From Octopus vulgaris (taxonomy: Eukaryota): a stretch of DNA of 64,000 nucleotides. The position numbers were made by a program, and so were the translations under genes. Below, piece after piece: positions 53,360 through 64,000 of this stretch. The notes beneath the pieces were generated by a model. The model saw nothing but the letters and a program-made list of their open reading frames with translations, was not told where the DNA came from and did not search any database. Within the stretch, counting starts at the first letter, position 1, and each line of letters starts with the position of its first letter. The stretch spans positions 61,690,001 to 61,754,000 of the forward strand of contig OX597814.1 in NCBI GenBank assembly GCA_951406725.2, in the 5' to 3' direction.

Positions 53360-53545
53360 TTTCATTCTTTTACTTGTTTCAGTCTTTAGACTGCGGCTAT
53401 ACTTGGGCACCGCCTTCAAGGGTTTTAGTCGAATGAATCCACCCCAGTACTTTTTTAAAAACTTGATATTTATTCTATCGTTTTCTTTTGCCGAACCGCT
53501 ATGTTACAGGGACGTAAACAAACTAACTCCGGTTGTCAAGTAGTA
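53360..53545 (-). mobile_element. SINE family A, 3' fragment
   Basis: TTTTACTTGTTTCAGTC..GCCGAACCGCTATGTTACAGGGACGTAAAC. Confidence 0.75.
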
Positions 53546-53957
53546 ATTCAGAAACTAAATAAGTTATTGATCTTGTTCAGTATATTAAAGCTAAGTTGTA
53601 TATTTAAAGTAAACAATTTCAATAACATTGTACACATGGTCGGGTATAACGGCGTAATGAAGAAATTTGTTTCCCATGTTTTTGTTTGAGATTTAAGTTC
53701 TTCTGAGTAGAATTCAAGCTGGTCGCTAATAAAATGACAAGTCTTTTCGAGTTCCCGGGTTTGTAAATATATGCTTGAGTTAGTGTGTGTATATATGCAG
53801 GTGTATGCACCTGCACTTATGCTCTGTGTGAACACATAACTTTAATGCTTTAATGCTTTTGGTGTTTGTGGGTGCGCGCGTTCATGTGTGTATATTCTTG
53901 TGAGTGATCATTACTTTTTACATATGTGTCTTTGTAGATAAATACTTGTAGATGCCA

Positions 53958-54019
<62 letters not shown>

Positions 54020-54059
54020 TTAAATTCTGATGAATTAGGTACTTAAGTTGAGGCAACAG

Positions 54060-54400
54060 AATTTAGTATGGTATTATCCATACAATTTCAAAATAAGGTG
54101 ATTAAAATCAAAATAAGCAACAAGGATATCCAGAGGTAAAGCAGTACGTTTCATACGACTTCATTTAATTGAACAATGCAATCATTTCATTACATTAATT
54201 TAAAATGTAGAGCAATTTTCAGCTGCACAAAACATAGAATTTAATTAAATTAGGACACATTAGTATAATTTTACCTAAAATCTCCAGGAGGATAAGGAGA
54301 TACACAAGAAATATATGATGATGTTGTTGGTAAAATATGTTCATAGGAGAATAGTAACCTTATATAAATTTGGCAGACAATCCTCCTAGTGCTAATTTCA
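54060..54400 (-). mobile_element. Solo fragment related to the Naiad-element terminal repeat
   Basis: AAGCAACAAGGATA..CAGTACGTTTCATACGA and TCTCCAGGAGGATAAGGAGATA echo 58828-58875 and 59138-59160. Confidence 0.5.
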
Positions 54401-54934
54401 CAATTTCATTTGACAAGATAGTTGCACACACACACACACACGCACACACACACACACACACACACATACAGAAGAAAACACCTACGTCATCGATGGCACC
54501 TATACAAAAAGTCCTTTTTCTATAATTTTAGCATGTTTTCATTTTATTTTCTCGAAAGTGCTTTTTTTGCTTTGTAATTGGAAATACTTCTTGAAGGATT
54601 TTCAGTTTTTTCCCCTTTTTGATTTAGTAGCAAGAAGTATTTGAAAAGAAAAAGTTAAAAGTAAAACATGAATCAACACTATCAGAGCAAATGTATACGT
54701 AAGAGCCATCAAAGTTTTCCATGTAAATTTTATAATACTGAAATTGACCACTTCAAAATTACAGCTGGTTTTCAAAGATCCTGGAATCTTTCATCCTGTT
54801 GATTACGAACAACATGGCTGCAGTTACTAATGTAGCCATGAAAGCATTATCACTTACATTAAATTAAAAAATAAAATAAATTAAATTGAAAAACGAAAAA
54901 GCAAGTGAACATAAAAGAACTACTTACTTCAAAA

Positions 54935-55273
54935 TCTGAGAGAGGAATATGTTGAATAAAATCATAATTAACTGATCCTTCTGTATTTTCTTTAACCCAA
55001 AGTCAAGATCTTTTCAGCACATCCTCGTGTGTGTGTGTGTGTGTACACATTTACAGATATATATATGTATATATATAAATATATATACACGAGGATGTGC
55101 TGAAAAGTTCATGGTTTTGGGTTAAAGAAAATACAGGAGGATTAGTTAATTATGATATTATGCAACATATTCCTCTCTCAGATTTACATACTTATTGCGA
55201 CGACATTCTTTCAGATTTTCTAAACCCTGTAAAGGTTCACCTTTAAAGCCAAGAATTTTTCAGTGCCCTCTCG
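54935..55273. mobile_element. mariner-type MITE (55088-55273) plus an inverted partial copy (54935-55028)
   Basis: CGAGGATGTGCTGAAAAG / TTTTCAGTGCCCTCTCG-TA TIRs; homologous to 31731-31961. Confidence 0.75.
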
Positions 55274-55285
55274 TATATATGTGTT

Positions 55286-55369
<84 letters not shown>

Positions 55370-55464
55370 TGTGTGTGCGTGCGTGCGTGCATGTGCGTGT
55401 GCGTGCGTGCGTGCATGTGTTGTGTGTGCATGTGTGTGGAGGCGCATGGCCTTCGTATCCGTCA

Positions 55465-55830
55465 TTTCATCATCATCACCACTACCGTTATCATTATCAC
55501 CACCTTCATCACCTCACTACCATCGCTATCGCCACCGCCAACAACAACTACCACCACCACCTTCATCACTGCACCGGCTCATCGGTCAATTCACCGCTTT
55601 CATCACACGACCACCACCATCTGGCTACCGTTTCACTCAGCACCAACACTACAACCTCTATCACTCTACTACTATACCAGCCTCCTGCATTTATCAACAC
55701 CGCATCCATCCACCACAAGCACCTCCACCACCCCCGTCACTACCACCAATGTCTCTGCCACTACACCCGCCTCTGTCGCTCCTCTAGAACCACGTCCATT
55801 TATCATCACCGCGTTCCTCCATCACCGTCA
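55465..55830. repeat. Degenerate (CAC/CAT)n low-complexity block
   Basis: Visible trinucleotide periodicity. Confidence 0.8.
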
Positions 55831-56309
55831 CGTCTGTAATTCTAACGCTGACATTTCCAATCATTCTATCACGATGAGTCCGATATAGTGTAGGTTGCCC
55901 CTTTCGTTGTTCTATGCCCAAGGCAGACAGTTTTAATTCTTTTCAACAATTAATTGAATTGAAGTATGCAAAAATCAATTAGCCAACCTAATGACTCGAG
56001 GGATTGCCTGCAGTAGATTTAAAATCGTATTATGTGAGCTGGTGCCCAGCATATTATCCATTCAGCCATAGCATCAAACAATAATATTTCATAACCCATT
56101 CAGTGTTAATGGCCTTCTTTAACACGTACTAAAATGATGGTACTCTGACGGATACATATAGTTTATTGATCTGCGAGAAATAACAACTAAATATCTCTCA
56201 AATCACAGTATTTAAAAGGAAGTAAGCATTGGATGATTTAGTCCGGGAAATACTTTTTTTTAAATAATTAAATTTGTAAGAAGGAACTAACCAATCAAAT
56301 CGGTTCTCA

Positions 56310-57397
56310 AGTATCCAAAGTATCCAAAGATCATTTGAAGCACATAATGCTTTATGAGTACAAAAAAGGAAACTCTGCAGCCGAAGCGACTCGAAAAAAT
56401 ACCCAGTTTATGGGAAAGAATGCTTGAATGAAAGAACTTGCAGAAGATGGCTTGCAAAATTCAGAAGTGGAGATTTCAGCCTTCAAGATGAAGATCAAGT
56501 TGAGTTTGATGATAAGCTCCTTGAGGCATTACTTGAAGAAAATCCTGCATTATCAGTTGAAGAATTGGCAATAAAGCTTAGTTCAAACCATACAACTGTT
56601 CATCGTCATCTTCAACAATTTGGAAAGGTTCCTAAACTTGGAAAATGGGTGCCTCATGAATTGTTCTAAAGCAACTGCAAATCCCGAGTTGACATATGCT
56701 CTTCTCTCCATTCTCGCAAACTCATTTCACCCTTTTTGGATAGACTTGTGACTGATAACGAAAAATGGATCTTCTATCGAAATGTTAAACGTCGTAAACA
56801 GTGGCTGGTAAAAGGGGAAAATCTCAACCACAACCGAGAAGAGAACTTCATGGGAAAAAGGTTCGTCTCTCTATCTGGTGCGATTGCAAAGGAGTAATTC
56901 ACTTTGAATTGTTACCACCTAATGCAACAATCAATGCTCAAGTCTTCTGTCAGCAAATTAGAGCGTTTGAACCAAGCTTTGGAGAAAAAAAAGACCCGCT
57001 TTAGTGAATCGAAAATGAGTGATGTTTCATCAGGACAATGCGCGACCCCACACTGCAAAGATCACATCTCAGAAGATCGAAGAACTTGGTTGGGAAAAAA
57101 TTCCTCATCCACCTTATTCTCCCGACCTTGCTCCTTCAGACTACCATTTGTTTCGTAGTTTACAGAATCATTTGGGGGGACATAACTTTCGCAAGCCAGG
57201 TGGAGGTCGAAACTGACATTTCAGAGTTCTTTGAAACCAAAAGAGTTTTATATTGATGGGATAAAAAAGCTTGTAAATAGATGGAAGGAAGTCATAGATA
57301 ATCGGGGGAAGTACATTGAGGATTAAATTTCAATTAAATATAACATTTCATCACTTGTTTTCTTTATTCAAAATTCGGACAGAACTTATGGGATGAC

Positions 57398-57402
<5 letters not shown>
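56310..57402 (+). mobile_element. mariner (DD34D, Hsmar1/Mos1-like) element, disrupted, left TIR missing
   Basis: KGNSAAEA, WVPHEL, VTDNEKW, FHQDNARPH, HPPYSPDLAPSDYHLF; right TIR CAGAACTTATGGGATGACCTGA followed by (TA)n. Confidence 0.95.
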
Positions 57403-57450
<48 letters not shown>

Positions 57451-57496
57451 AGGAACACACGAGTTGATATATATGAAAAAACACACGAGTTGATAT

Positions 57497-57948
57497 AAAA
57501 TAGAAAATGCTAAAATAATTTTATAGTGAACATTTCAGTACCGGTTTCGGTCATTTTGAGACCTTTTCAACTGTAACGATTAAATAATTAAATTTAGAAA
57601 AATTAGAAGAAAAGTTTTTTTTAAAGAATATTTCTATAGTAGTGTTCAGATTTAAGTGGCATTCTGCCTTTCTCTGACTCCCTTGTTTGCACTTGTGTGT
57701 CGGAGGTCGTTGTGTATATATATATATATACACAACGACCTCCGACACACAAGTGCAAACAAGGGAGTCAGAGAAAGGCAGAATGCCACTTAAATCTGAA
57801 CACTACTATAGAAATATTCTTTTAAAAAAACTTTTCTTCTAATTTTTCTAAATTTAATTATTTAATCGTTACAGTTGAAAAGGTCTCAAAATGACCGAAA
57901 CCGGTACTGAAATGTTCACTATAAAATTATTTTAGCATTTTCTATTTT
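57497..57948. repeat. Near-perfect 452-bp palindrome centred on (TA)n and flanked by (TA)n
   Basis: 57497-57714 is the reverse complement of 57731-57948 with one visible mismatch. Confidence 0.95.
57872..57909 (+). ncRNA. Minimal type I hammerhead ribozyme, U3-A8 core variant (mirror copy 57536-57573 on minus)
   Basis: CAG-TTGAAAA-GGTC-TCAAAAT-GACC-GAAA-CCG-GTA-CTG: stem I CAG/CTG, stem II GGTC/GACC, palindromic stem III ACCGGT. Confidence 0.7.
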
Positions 57949-57958
57949 TGACTTGTTT

Positions 57959-58011
<53 letters not shown>

Positions 58012-58247
58012 CACATAGATACATATATTTATACACACACACATACACACAAACGCATATAATATAATCTGGATAATTATCTCATAACGTGCATGTGAAA
58101 GCTCCTATATAGTTATCAGCTTCTATGTCATCTCACATCAAGATTATTTTCAAGGTTAGATCACACATGTGAAACTTCGCTATTGTATAAGCTTAATATA
58201 AATATTTGTATAACACGAAGCCTATTTTTTTCCCCATCTTCGTGTTT

Positions 58248-58320
<73 letters not shown>

Positions 58321-58847
58321 ATTGATATATATATCAGCTTATTATCGAGGTAGGTACCTCTGTGAAACATTTACACATTCTATACTACTTGTGTCTGTCG
58401 ATGTTTTGCAAAGGTCGTAGATGTTAAGACATATGTTTTAATCGCTTACTATAAATCCCAGTTCAACGTTGAGCATCTCACTAAGTCAAACAGAGTACAA
58501 GGCTGTTTTATTCCCTGCCGCCAATAATCTAAACTTTCTTTGCTGCTCTGCTTATTTTGCCTTTCCAAAACTCTGGCTAAACATGGCATGCAATTTTGAA
58601 TATAAGTCCTGCTGTGTCTTGGTAGGTGTTTCTGAATTATCTTTTTATTCATGGCTATGTGCAACTCAGCTAGCATAATTTTCAAAGAATATATTCTTAT
58701 ATTCTCATTTACGATTACTTAAACAAATATAGTCAGGTAATCGCTTAAGTATATGAATAATTCTTTTGCTTAACTGAAACTCGACAAAGCAGCAAGCAAC
58801 AACTCGATATATATATATACAAGAAAAAAGCAACAAGAATGGATTAG

Positions 58848-58943
58848 ATGTTCAGTACAATTGTTTCATACGAAGAACAGCTTTATTAAAAGCTGCAAAT
58901 ATTGCAGCAAATACAAGTGTCCCGTATTCATCAGCCAAAACAC
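58848..58943 (-). ncRNA. Type I hammerhead ribozyme motif with long stem II (left inverted repeat)
   Basis: Minus strand: TTTGG-CTGATGA-ATACG..CGTAT-GAAAC-AATT-GTA-CTGAA; palindromic stem III ACAATTGT. Confidence 0.7.
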
Positions 58944-59458
58944 ATATGAGTTTTCCAAACATCCTAGGGGGTGAAGCTACACTCATGAAGTATCGAAGAG
59001 AGTTCTATAAAAAGCAAAGTTAGATTGTAAGCAGACTTCAAAAGTTCTCTAATGATGCACAGTTTTATAAAAGGTTTTTTAAAAAGTTTGTTAGTTTCAC
59101 AGAAAAGGTAAATCCATCCATAATAATACAGGTGTAATTTCCGGAGATATGAGGAGATATTTCATACTCAGAGACGATGAATTTATCCATAATAATGTAG
59201 ATGTAATTTCCTGATATATGAGAAGATGCTGATCACACTTCTGTTCATTTCACAAAACTACTATGTTGGAAGAAGAGATTGACCATATTGGCTAAAAAAA
59301 GTTAGTGAAGCAGAAACCGCCCAAATAGGGCATTATGGGATAAATAAGAGGAAGGGGTGATTGTACACAACCTACAAAGAATACTACTTGTGTCTGTCGA
59401 TGAAAATATATTCCCATACAGTCTGTATGTTTTTCTGGTACTTACTTTCTCAACAAGA

Positions 59459-62267
59459 ATGGAGAAGGTAAACAGAGTTTTCCCCTAAAGACATCCCCTT
59501 ACACAGTAAGGATGAATATATCTGGCTACTTATCCATAGGATTAATGACTTCATTAGAAGAATTAGATGGAAAACTTACCATTTTGATGTCAAACAGAAA
59601 AAGGACCCTCAAGCAAGGAATACTGATAAGAACTATAGGAGAATATTTAGAAGCAGAAAGAGCCCGCCTCCGAACCCACTCCTGGAAAATTTCGAAAAAG
59701 ATTTACTGAATCTTATAGAAGATATTAAATTCAAAGAACACCCGTTAAGATACAACCCTCACCTCAAACATCTCAGAAACTTTATTTATGCAACTCGGAA
59801 CAAACAAGGAATCTTAGTGCCAGCAGATAAAACTGGTAATCTGTATAGAGTAGATTACACTCTTTATAGCAAGCTAATTAAGAAGGAACTCAACTCCAAA
59901 TATAAAATTACTACAATGAAAAATTTGAAAAAAATAAACCTAGAAATGAAGGAAATTATGGAAAGATACAATTTAACGGATAGAACGGAGCCGCTTAAAC
60001 CGTGTGAACCTAGAATCAATCTTAAGGACCACAAAAGGAATTTCATGGAAAACCCTTCGGTAAGACTTATTTGTCCAACTAAGTCAGATATTGGCCGGCT
60101 TAGTAAATCTATCCTGGATACTGTTCTACCCCAAATAACCCCGATTCTTCCCTTAAGTCTCTGGCTAAATACCGATGAAGTATTAAAATGGTTTAACTCT
60201 CTAACTAATACTAGTAGCCTTTCCTTTATTCAGTTCGACATAAATAATTATTACACTAGTATTTCCCCCATTTTGCTAAATAAATCACTTATATTTGCTA
60301 TGAATCGCTCCCTCATATCTAGAGAGGAAATCGACATAGTGCTATTAGCTAGAAAAACATTTATAGAATTTGAAGGAAAATTATGGACTAGAGCAGATAC
60401 CCCTAATAATTTCGATATACCCATGGGTTCTAGTGATTCGGCTGAGGTAACTAATTTGGTAGGTGCGTATCTATTAAAGTGCATAAAAAGGGAGATCTCG
60501 GAATTACAAGGTGGTCTATACAGGGATGATGCCCTGTTTGTTATTCCTAGTAATAATAAATCTAGCATTGAACGGATTAGAAGGAAAATTAATAGGTTCT
60601 TTAAAGATTTCAACCATAGAATAACTTATGAACCTCGCACTAAAATAGTCAATTTCCTAGATATTACATTAGACCTTAACTCTAAGCTGCATTACCCATT
60701 TAGAAAGGAAGGTGAAATCACGAGATACGTAAATAGATTATCCAATCATCCCCCAAATATAATTAAATCTTTGGTTAGAAATATTTCCTTAAGAATCTCT
60801 AGATTATCATCTAATAATGATATATTTAACTCTCATTCTGAGCATTATAATGCGGCGTTATCTAAGGCAGGATACAACCAAAAGATTACCTTTATTGATA
60901 AGGAGAGCTTACATATTCCTAATAAAGGAGGTAGCAGTAACCACGTAAACAATAATATAGATCACGCCCGAAATAAAAGTAGAAATATATGTACGGTGGC
61001 AACAAATCTAACGTACAAGCCTAATCATAAGAATAAAAATATAGACCAGAGCATAGGTAACTCTGATAAAACCAATTTAGATTAATCAAAAAAAAAAAAA
61101 CATACAAATAATAGTAATAAATATAATAGCTCTGGTGGGATTAGTAATAATTCAACTAACCCTAATTCTAATTTAAGGAAATTTAATAAGAAAGATATAA
61201 TCTGGCTGAATATTCCTTTCAACTGTGCGATTTTATCGGATATACAAGGCAGATTCAAAGTAATTCTAGAAAAAAATTTCCCAGCCTCTCATAAATATCA
61301 TAGAATAATTTCTAAAAGAACGGTTAGGATTTCTTATTAAACCCTCCCAAATATGTCCACTATAATAGCTAAGATTAATAATAGAAACATTAAGCTAGCC
61401 AGGAATAATAAGACTAATACCATCATGAATACCAATAACAATTGTAATAATATTATCAAAAATAAAAATAATAACCACAATAATAGTAACTATCAAAACA
61501 AAGGTAGCATCAATAACCATGGAAAAACTAATAATAATATTAATATTAATAGGAATAATAATGTTAATAATATGAGCAATGCTAATAGAGAAAATATCGG
61601 GAATGAAGACAACATTGATATCTATAACAGCAATATGCATTCGGATATAAATACAAGCAATAATAGTAGCAATACCAATAATGTGAGTAATTATAATAGG
61701 GCTATAGAACTAAATGATAGTGCAAACGGATCGATAAATGATAACACTGCTTTAGATAACAACATTAACTATAATAACAATAATTATACTCATAATAATC
61801 AGAATAGCAACAATATGGGATATCTATCCTTAAATAATTCTACATCTGAAGATGATCCCCCTAGGTGTAATTGTAGAATTAAGTCAAAATGCCCGGCACC
61901 TGGTCTGTGTGAGGTAAATAACGTAATCTATAAATGTACCATAACTACTGAGAATAGCAAATCTTTTTATTTAGGTTGTACTATAAAATTTAAACAAAGA
62001 GTTAGCAACCACATCTCCTCATTTAAGTTACGTCATAAAGCTGATTGCACCACACTTTCAAGTAAGATCTGGGAACTCAGAAATAATAATATTAAATATA
62101 ACCTTAATTGGGAAATAGTTAGAAGAGCGATGCCTTATAGAAATAACAGGGTAGGTTGCCGACTCTGCTCCATGGAGACATATGAAATTCTAAGGCATAG
62201 AAAAAATAAAAATTTGTTAAATAACCGTATAGAATTAGGTTATATCTTGTATTCACTCAAAAGTTAA
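59459..62267 (+). pseudogene. PLE polyprotein: N-terminal domain, RT, linker, CCHH/Cys-rich GIY-YIG endonuclease
   Basis: One frame from ~59475: SPKDIP..IRRIRWK..PADKTGNLY..LKDHK.NF..P.VRLI.PTKSDIG..QFDI..YY..PMGS.DSAE..GLYRDD..NFLDI..SNHPP; IIWLNIPF; CNCR..CP..G.C..VIYKC..YLG..FKQR..H..TLS..W..CRLC..E..LN.R.E. One frameshift after ATG 59459; in-frame TAA at 61083 and 61338. Confidence 0.92.
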
Positions 62268-63397
62268 GACTCTTAAATATTTTAAATAGAAATCGTATAG
62301 AATAACCGTATGGAGCTAGGTCCATCTTGTTTTTACTAAAAAAGCAAAACTCTAATATATTTTAAATAGATATCTGTGAGCTCTTCCACTGGTGTTCTTT
62401 CTAACTGTACCTGTTTTAGAACACAAAGAATTACATGGTATTTGTACGTTGCCAAACATTTTAATTGACTATATAGTTAATTTAATTTAATCTAATTTTA
62501 ATCTAATTTAATTAACCCACTTAAATCAAATTCTATTCTAAGTTTAATAAATAATACTACTCCCTTAATAATAATACGAGGAATTTTCAATATGATTTTC
62601 ACTATATTTTGAATAAACAATGCCCTCACACCTTTTACTATAGAAATTAATTGACCTCTAGGTATAGACCTAAAGTCTGTCTTACAATGTATAAACATTT
62701 GTATAAACAGTAACAATAACAAATAAATAAATAACCTCCTGTTCAAGTATTGCACTTAAACCTCTTAATGTATTTTCCTCTACTGATAGCCTTTGACCCC
62801 TTTGATACTTTCTTTTGTTCTCTTTATATTCTTATACCTGCTTTTAACTGTAGGATTGGCAGTTAACAGCTGTATGTTGGTCAAAAGTAATGTTCTCTTT
62901 TATAAATCTAGATTCCTGCAACTCTGACCTAGATTTTCTGTCACCACAGAAATAAGCTATTCTTTGTAGGTTGTGTACTTTCACCCCTTCCTCTCATTTA
63001 TCCCATAATGCCCTATTTGGGCGGTTTTTGCTTCACTAACTTTTTTTAGCCAATATGGTCAATCTCTTCTTCCAACATAGTAGTTTTGTGAAATGAACAG
63101 AAGTGTGATCAGCATCTTCTCATATATCAGGAAATTACATCTACATTATTATGGATAAATTCATCGTCTCTGAGTATGAAATATCTCCTCATATCTCCGG
63201 AAATTACACCTGTATTATTATGGATGGATTTACCTTTTCTGTGAAACTAACAAACTTTTTTAAAAACCTTTTATAAAACTGTGCATCATTAGAGAACTTT
63301 TGAAGTCTGCTTACAATCTAACTTTGCTTTTTATAGAACTCTCTTCGATACTTCATGAGTGTAGCTTCACCCCCTAGGATGTTTGGAAAACTCATAT

Positions 63398-63492
63398 GTG
63401 TTTTGGTTGATGAATACGGGACACTTGTATTTGCTGCAATATTTGCAGCTTTTAATAAAGCTGTTCTTCGTATGAAACAATTGTACTGAACA
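63398..63492 (+). ncRNA. Hammerhead motif in the right terminal repeat, with C3->U change
   Basis: TTTGG-TTGATGA(63407-63413)-ATACG..CGTAT-GAAAC(63474)-AATT-GTA-CTGAA. Confidence 0.6.
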
Positions 63493-63643
63493 ACTAATCC
63501 ATTCTTGTTGCTTTTTTCTTGTTTATAATCACCCCCACATTATTTTATGGTTAATACCATATAGATTTCTGGTGCATCTAAGTTCAGTACCGCATTCATG
63601 TGAATTCCTTGGAACTCACTTGAATCTTAATTGTTTTTACTGA

Positions 63644-63704
<61 letters not shown>

Positions 63705-63849
63705 TACTTGGAAATGGATGCGTGGCGTTCAATGAAATAATAATATAAATAATATATGTTCCTTTCTACGATGTTCTACCCAATTGATCATATGTATATT
63801 TGTAATGGCTTTTATGTAAGTCTCCTAATTATATATAAAATAAATAATA

Positions 63850-63930
63850 AATGCGCCCCTTTAAAGCCTAGCCAGGCTCATGGGCCCGGTTTCCCGGTTT
63901 TAATGGCGTATGTGTTCCCCAGCTGGATGT
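63850..63930 (-). mobile_element. SINE 3' fragment related to 51278-51530
   Basis: GGGCCCGGTTTCCCGGTTTTAATGGCGTAT..CTGGA resembles 51318-51360. Confidence 0.5.
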
Positions 63931-64000
63931 ATAAATATTTATGTATGTGTGCATGTGTGCAAATAGATAAATATGTGTGTGTGTATCTGTACACGTCTTT

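Larger units (their letters stand above)
58819..63645 (+). mobile_element. Penelope-like retroelement (Naiad type) with 565-bp inverted terminal repeats, inserted in (TA)n
   Basis: 58819-59383 is the reverse complement of 62958-63522 (about 7 mismatches by eye); RT and GIY-YIG ORF between them; ~120-bp one-sided 3' tail; TA repeats on both flanks. Confidence 0.92.

Noticed and set aside
56310-57326. SETMAR-like or ZBED/SCAND3-like domesticated host genes (also 47955-49718)
   Set aside because: Multiple stops and frameshifts plus TIRs indicate decayed transposons.
61083-62267. Selenocysteine recoding, known in some Naiad elements
   Set aside because: The in-frame stops are TAA, not TGA, and the conserved cysteines use TGT/TGC.
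58819-63522. Reading the 565-bp inverted repeats as TIRs of a DNA transposon or Polinton
   Set aside because: The interior encodes PLE RT and GIY-YIG with no transposase or integrase, and the right end extends asymmetrically beyond the repeat.

Overview
Repeat-saturated, AT-rich eukaryotic DNA. The SINE families and the dense (TA)n/(TACA)n/(TATC)n/(CA)n microsatellites point to a coleoid cephalopod, most likely Octopus (inferred by recognition, not by a search). I found no convincing host exon, and nearly all ORF-track entries are microsatellite translations. The window holds: LINE relics (R4/Dong-like, L1-Tx1, a near-complete RTE, CR1-like); a 1.5-kb internally deleted Ty3/Gypsy with 120-bp LTRs; hAT Buster/Charlie elements and a MITE; mariner/Tc1 relics; non-autonomous Helitrons; and many tRNA-derived SINEs. 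The most striking feature is a nearly intact Naiad-type Penelope-like element (58.8-63.6 kb; RT plus GIY-YIG, with Asn-rich inserts). It is bracketed by 565-bp, ~99% identical inverted repeats that each carry a hammerhead-ribozyme motif. At least seven shorter fold-back elements, most without any ORF, repeat this architecture and mostly sit in (TA)n tracts. One carries a hammerhead with a compensatory U3-A8 core. All alignments and translations were done by eye.
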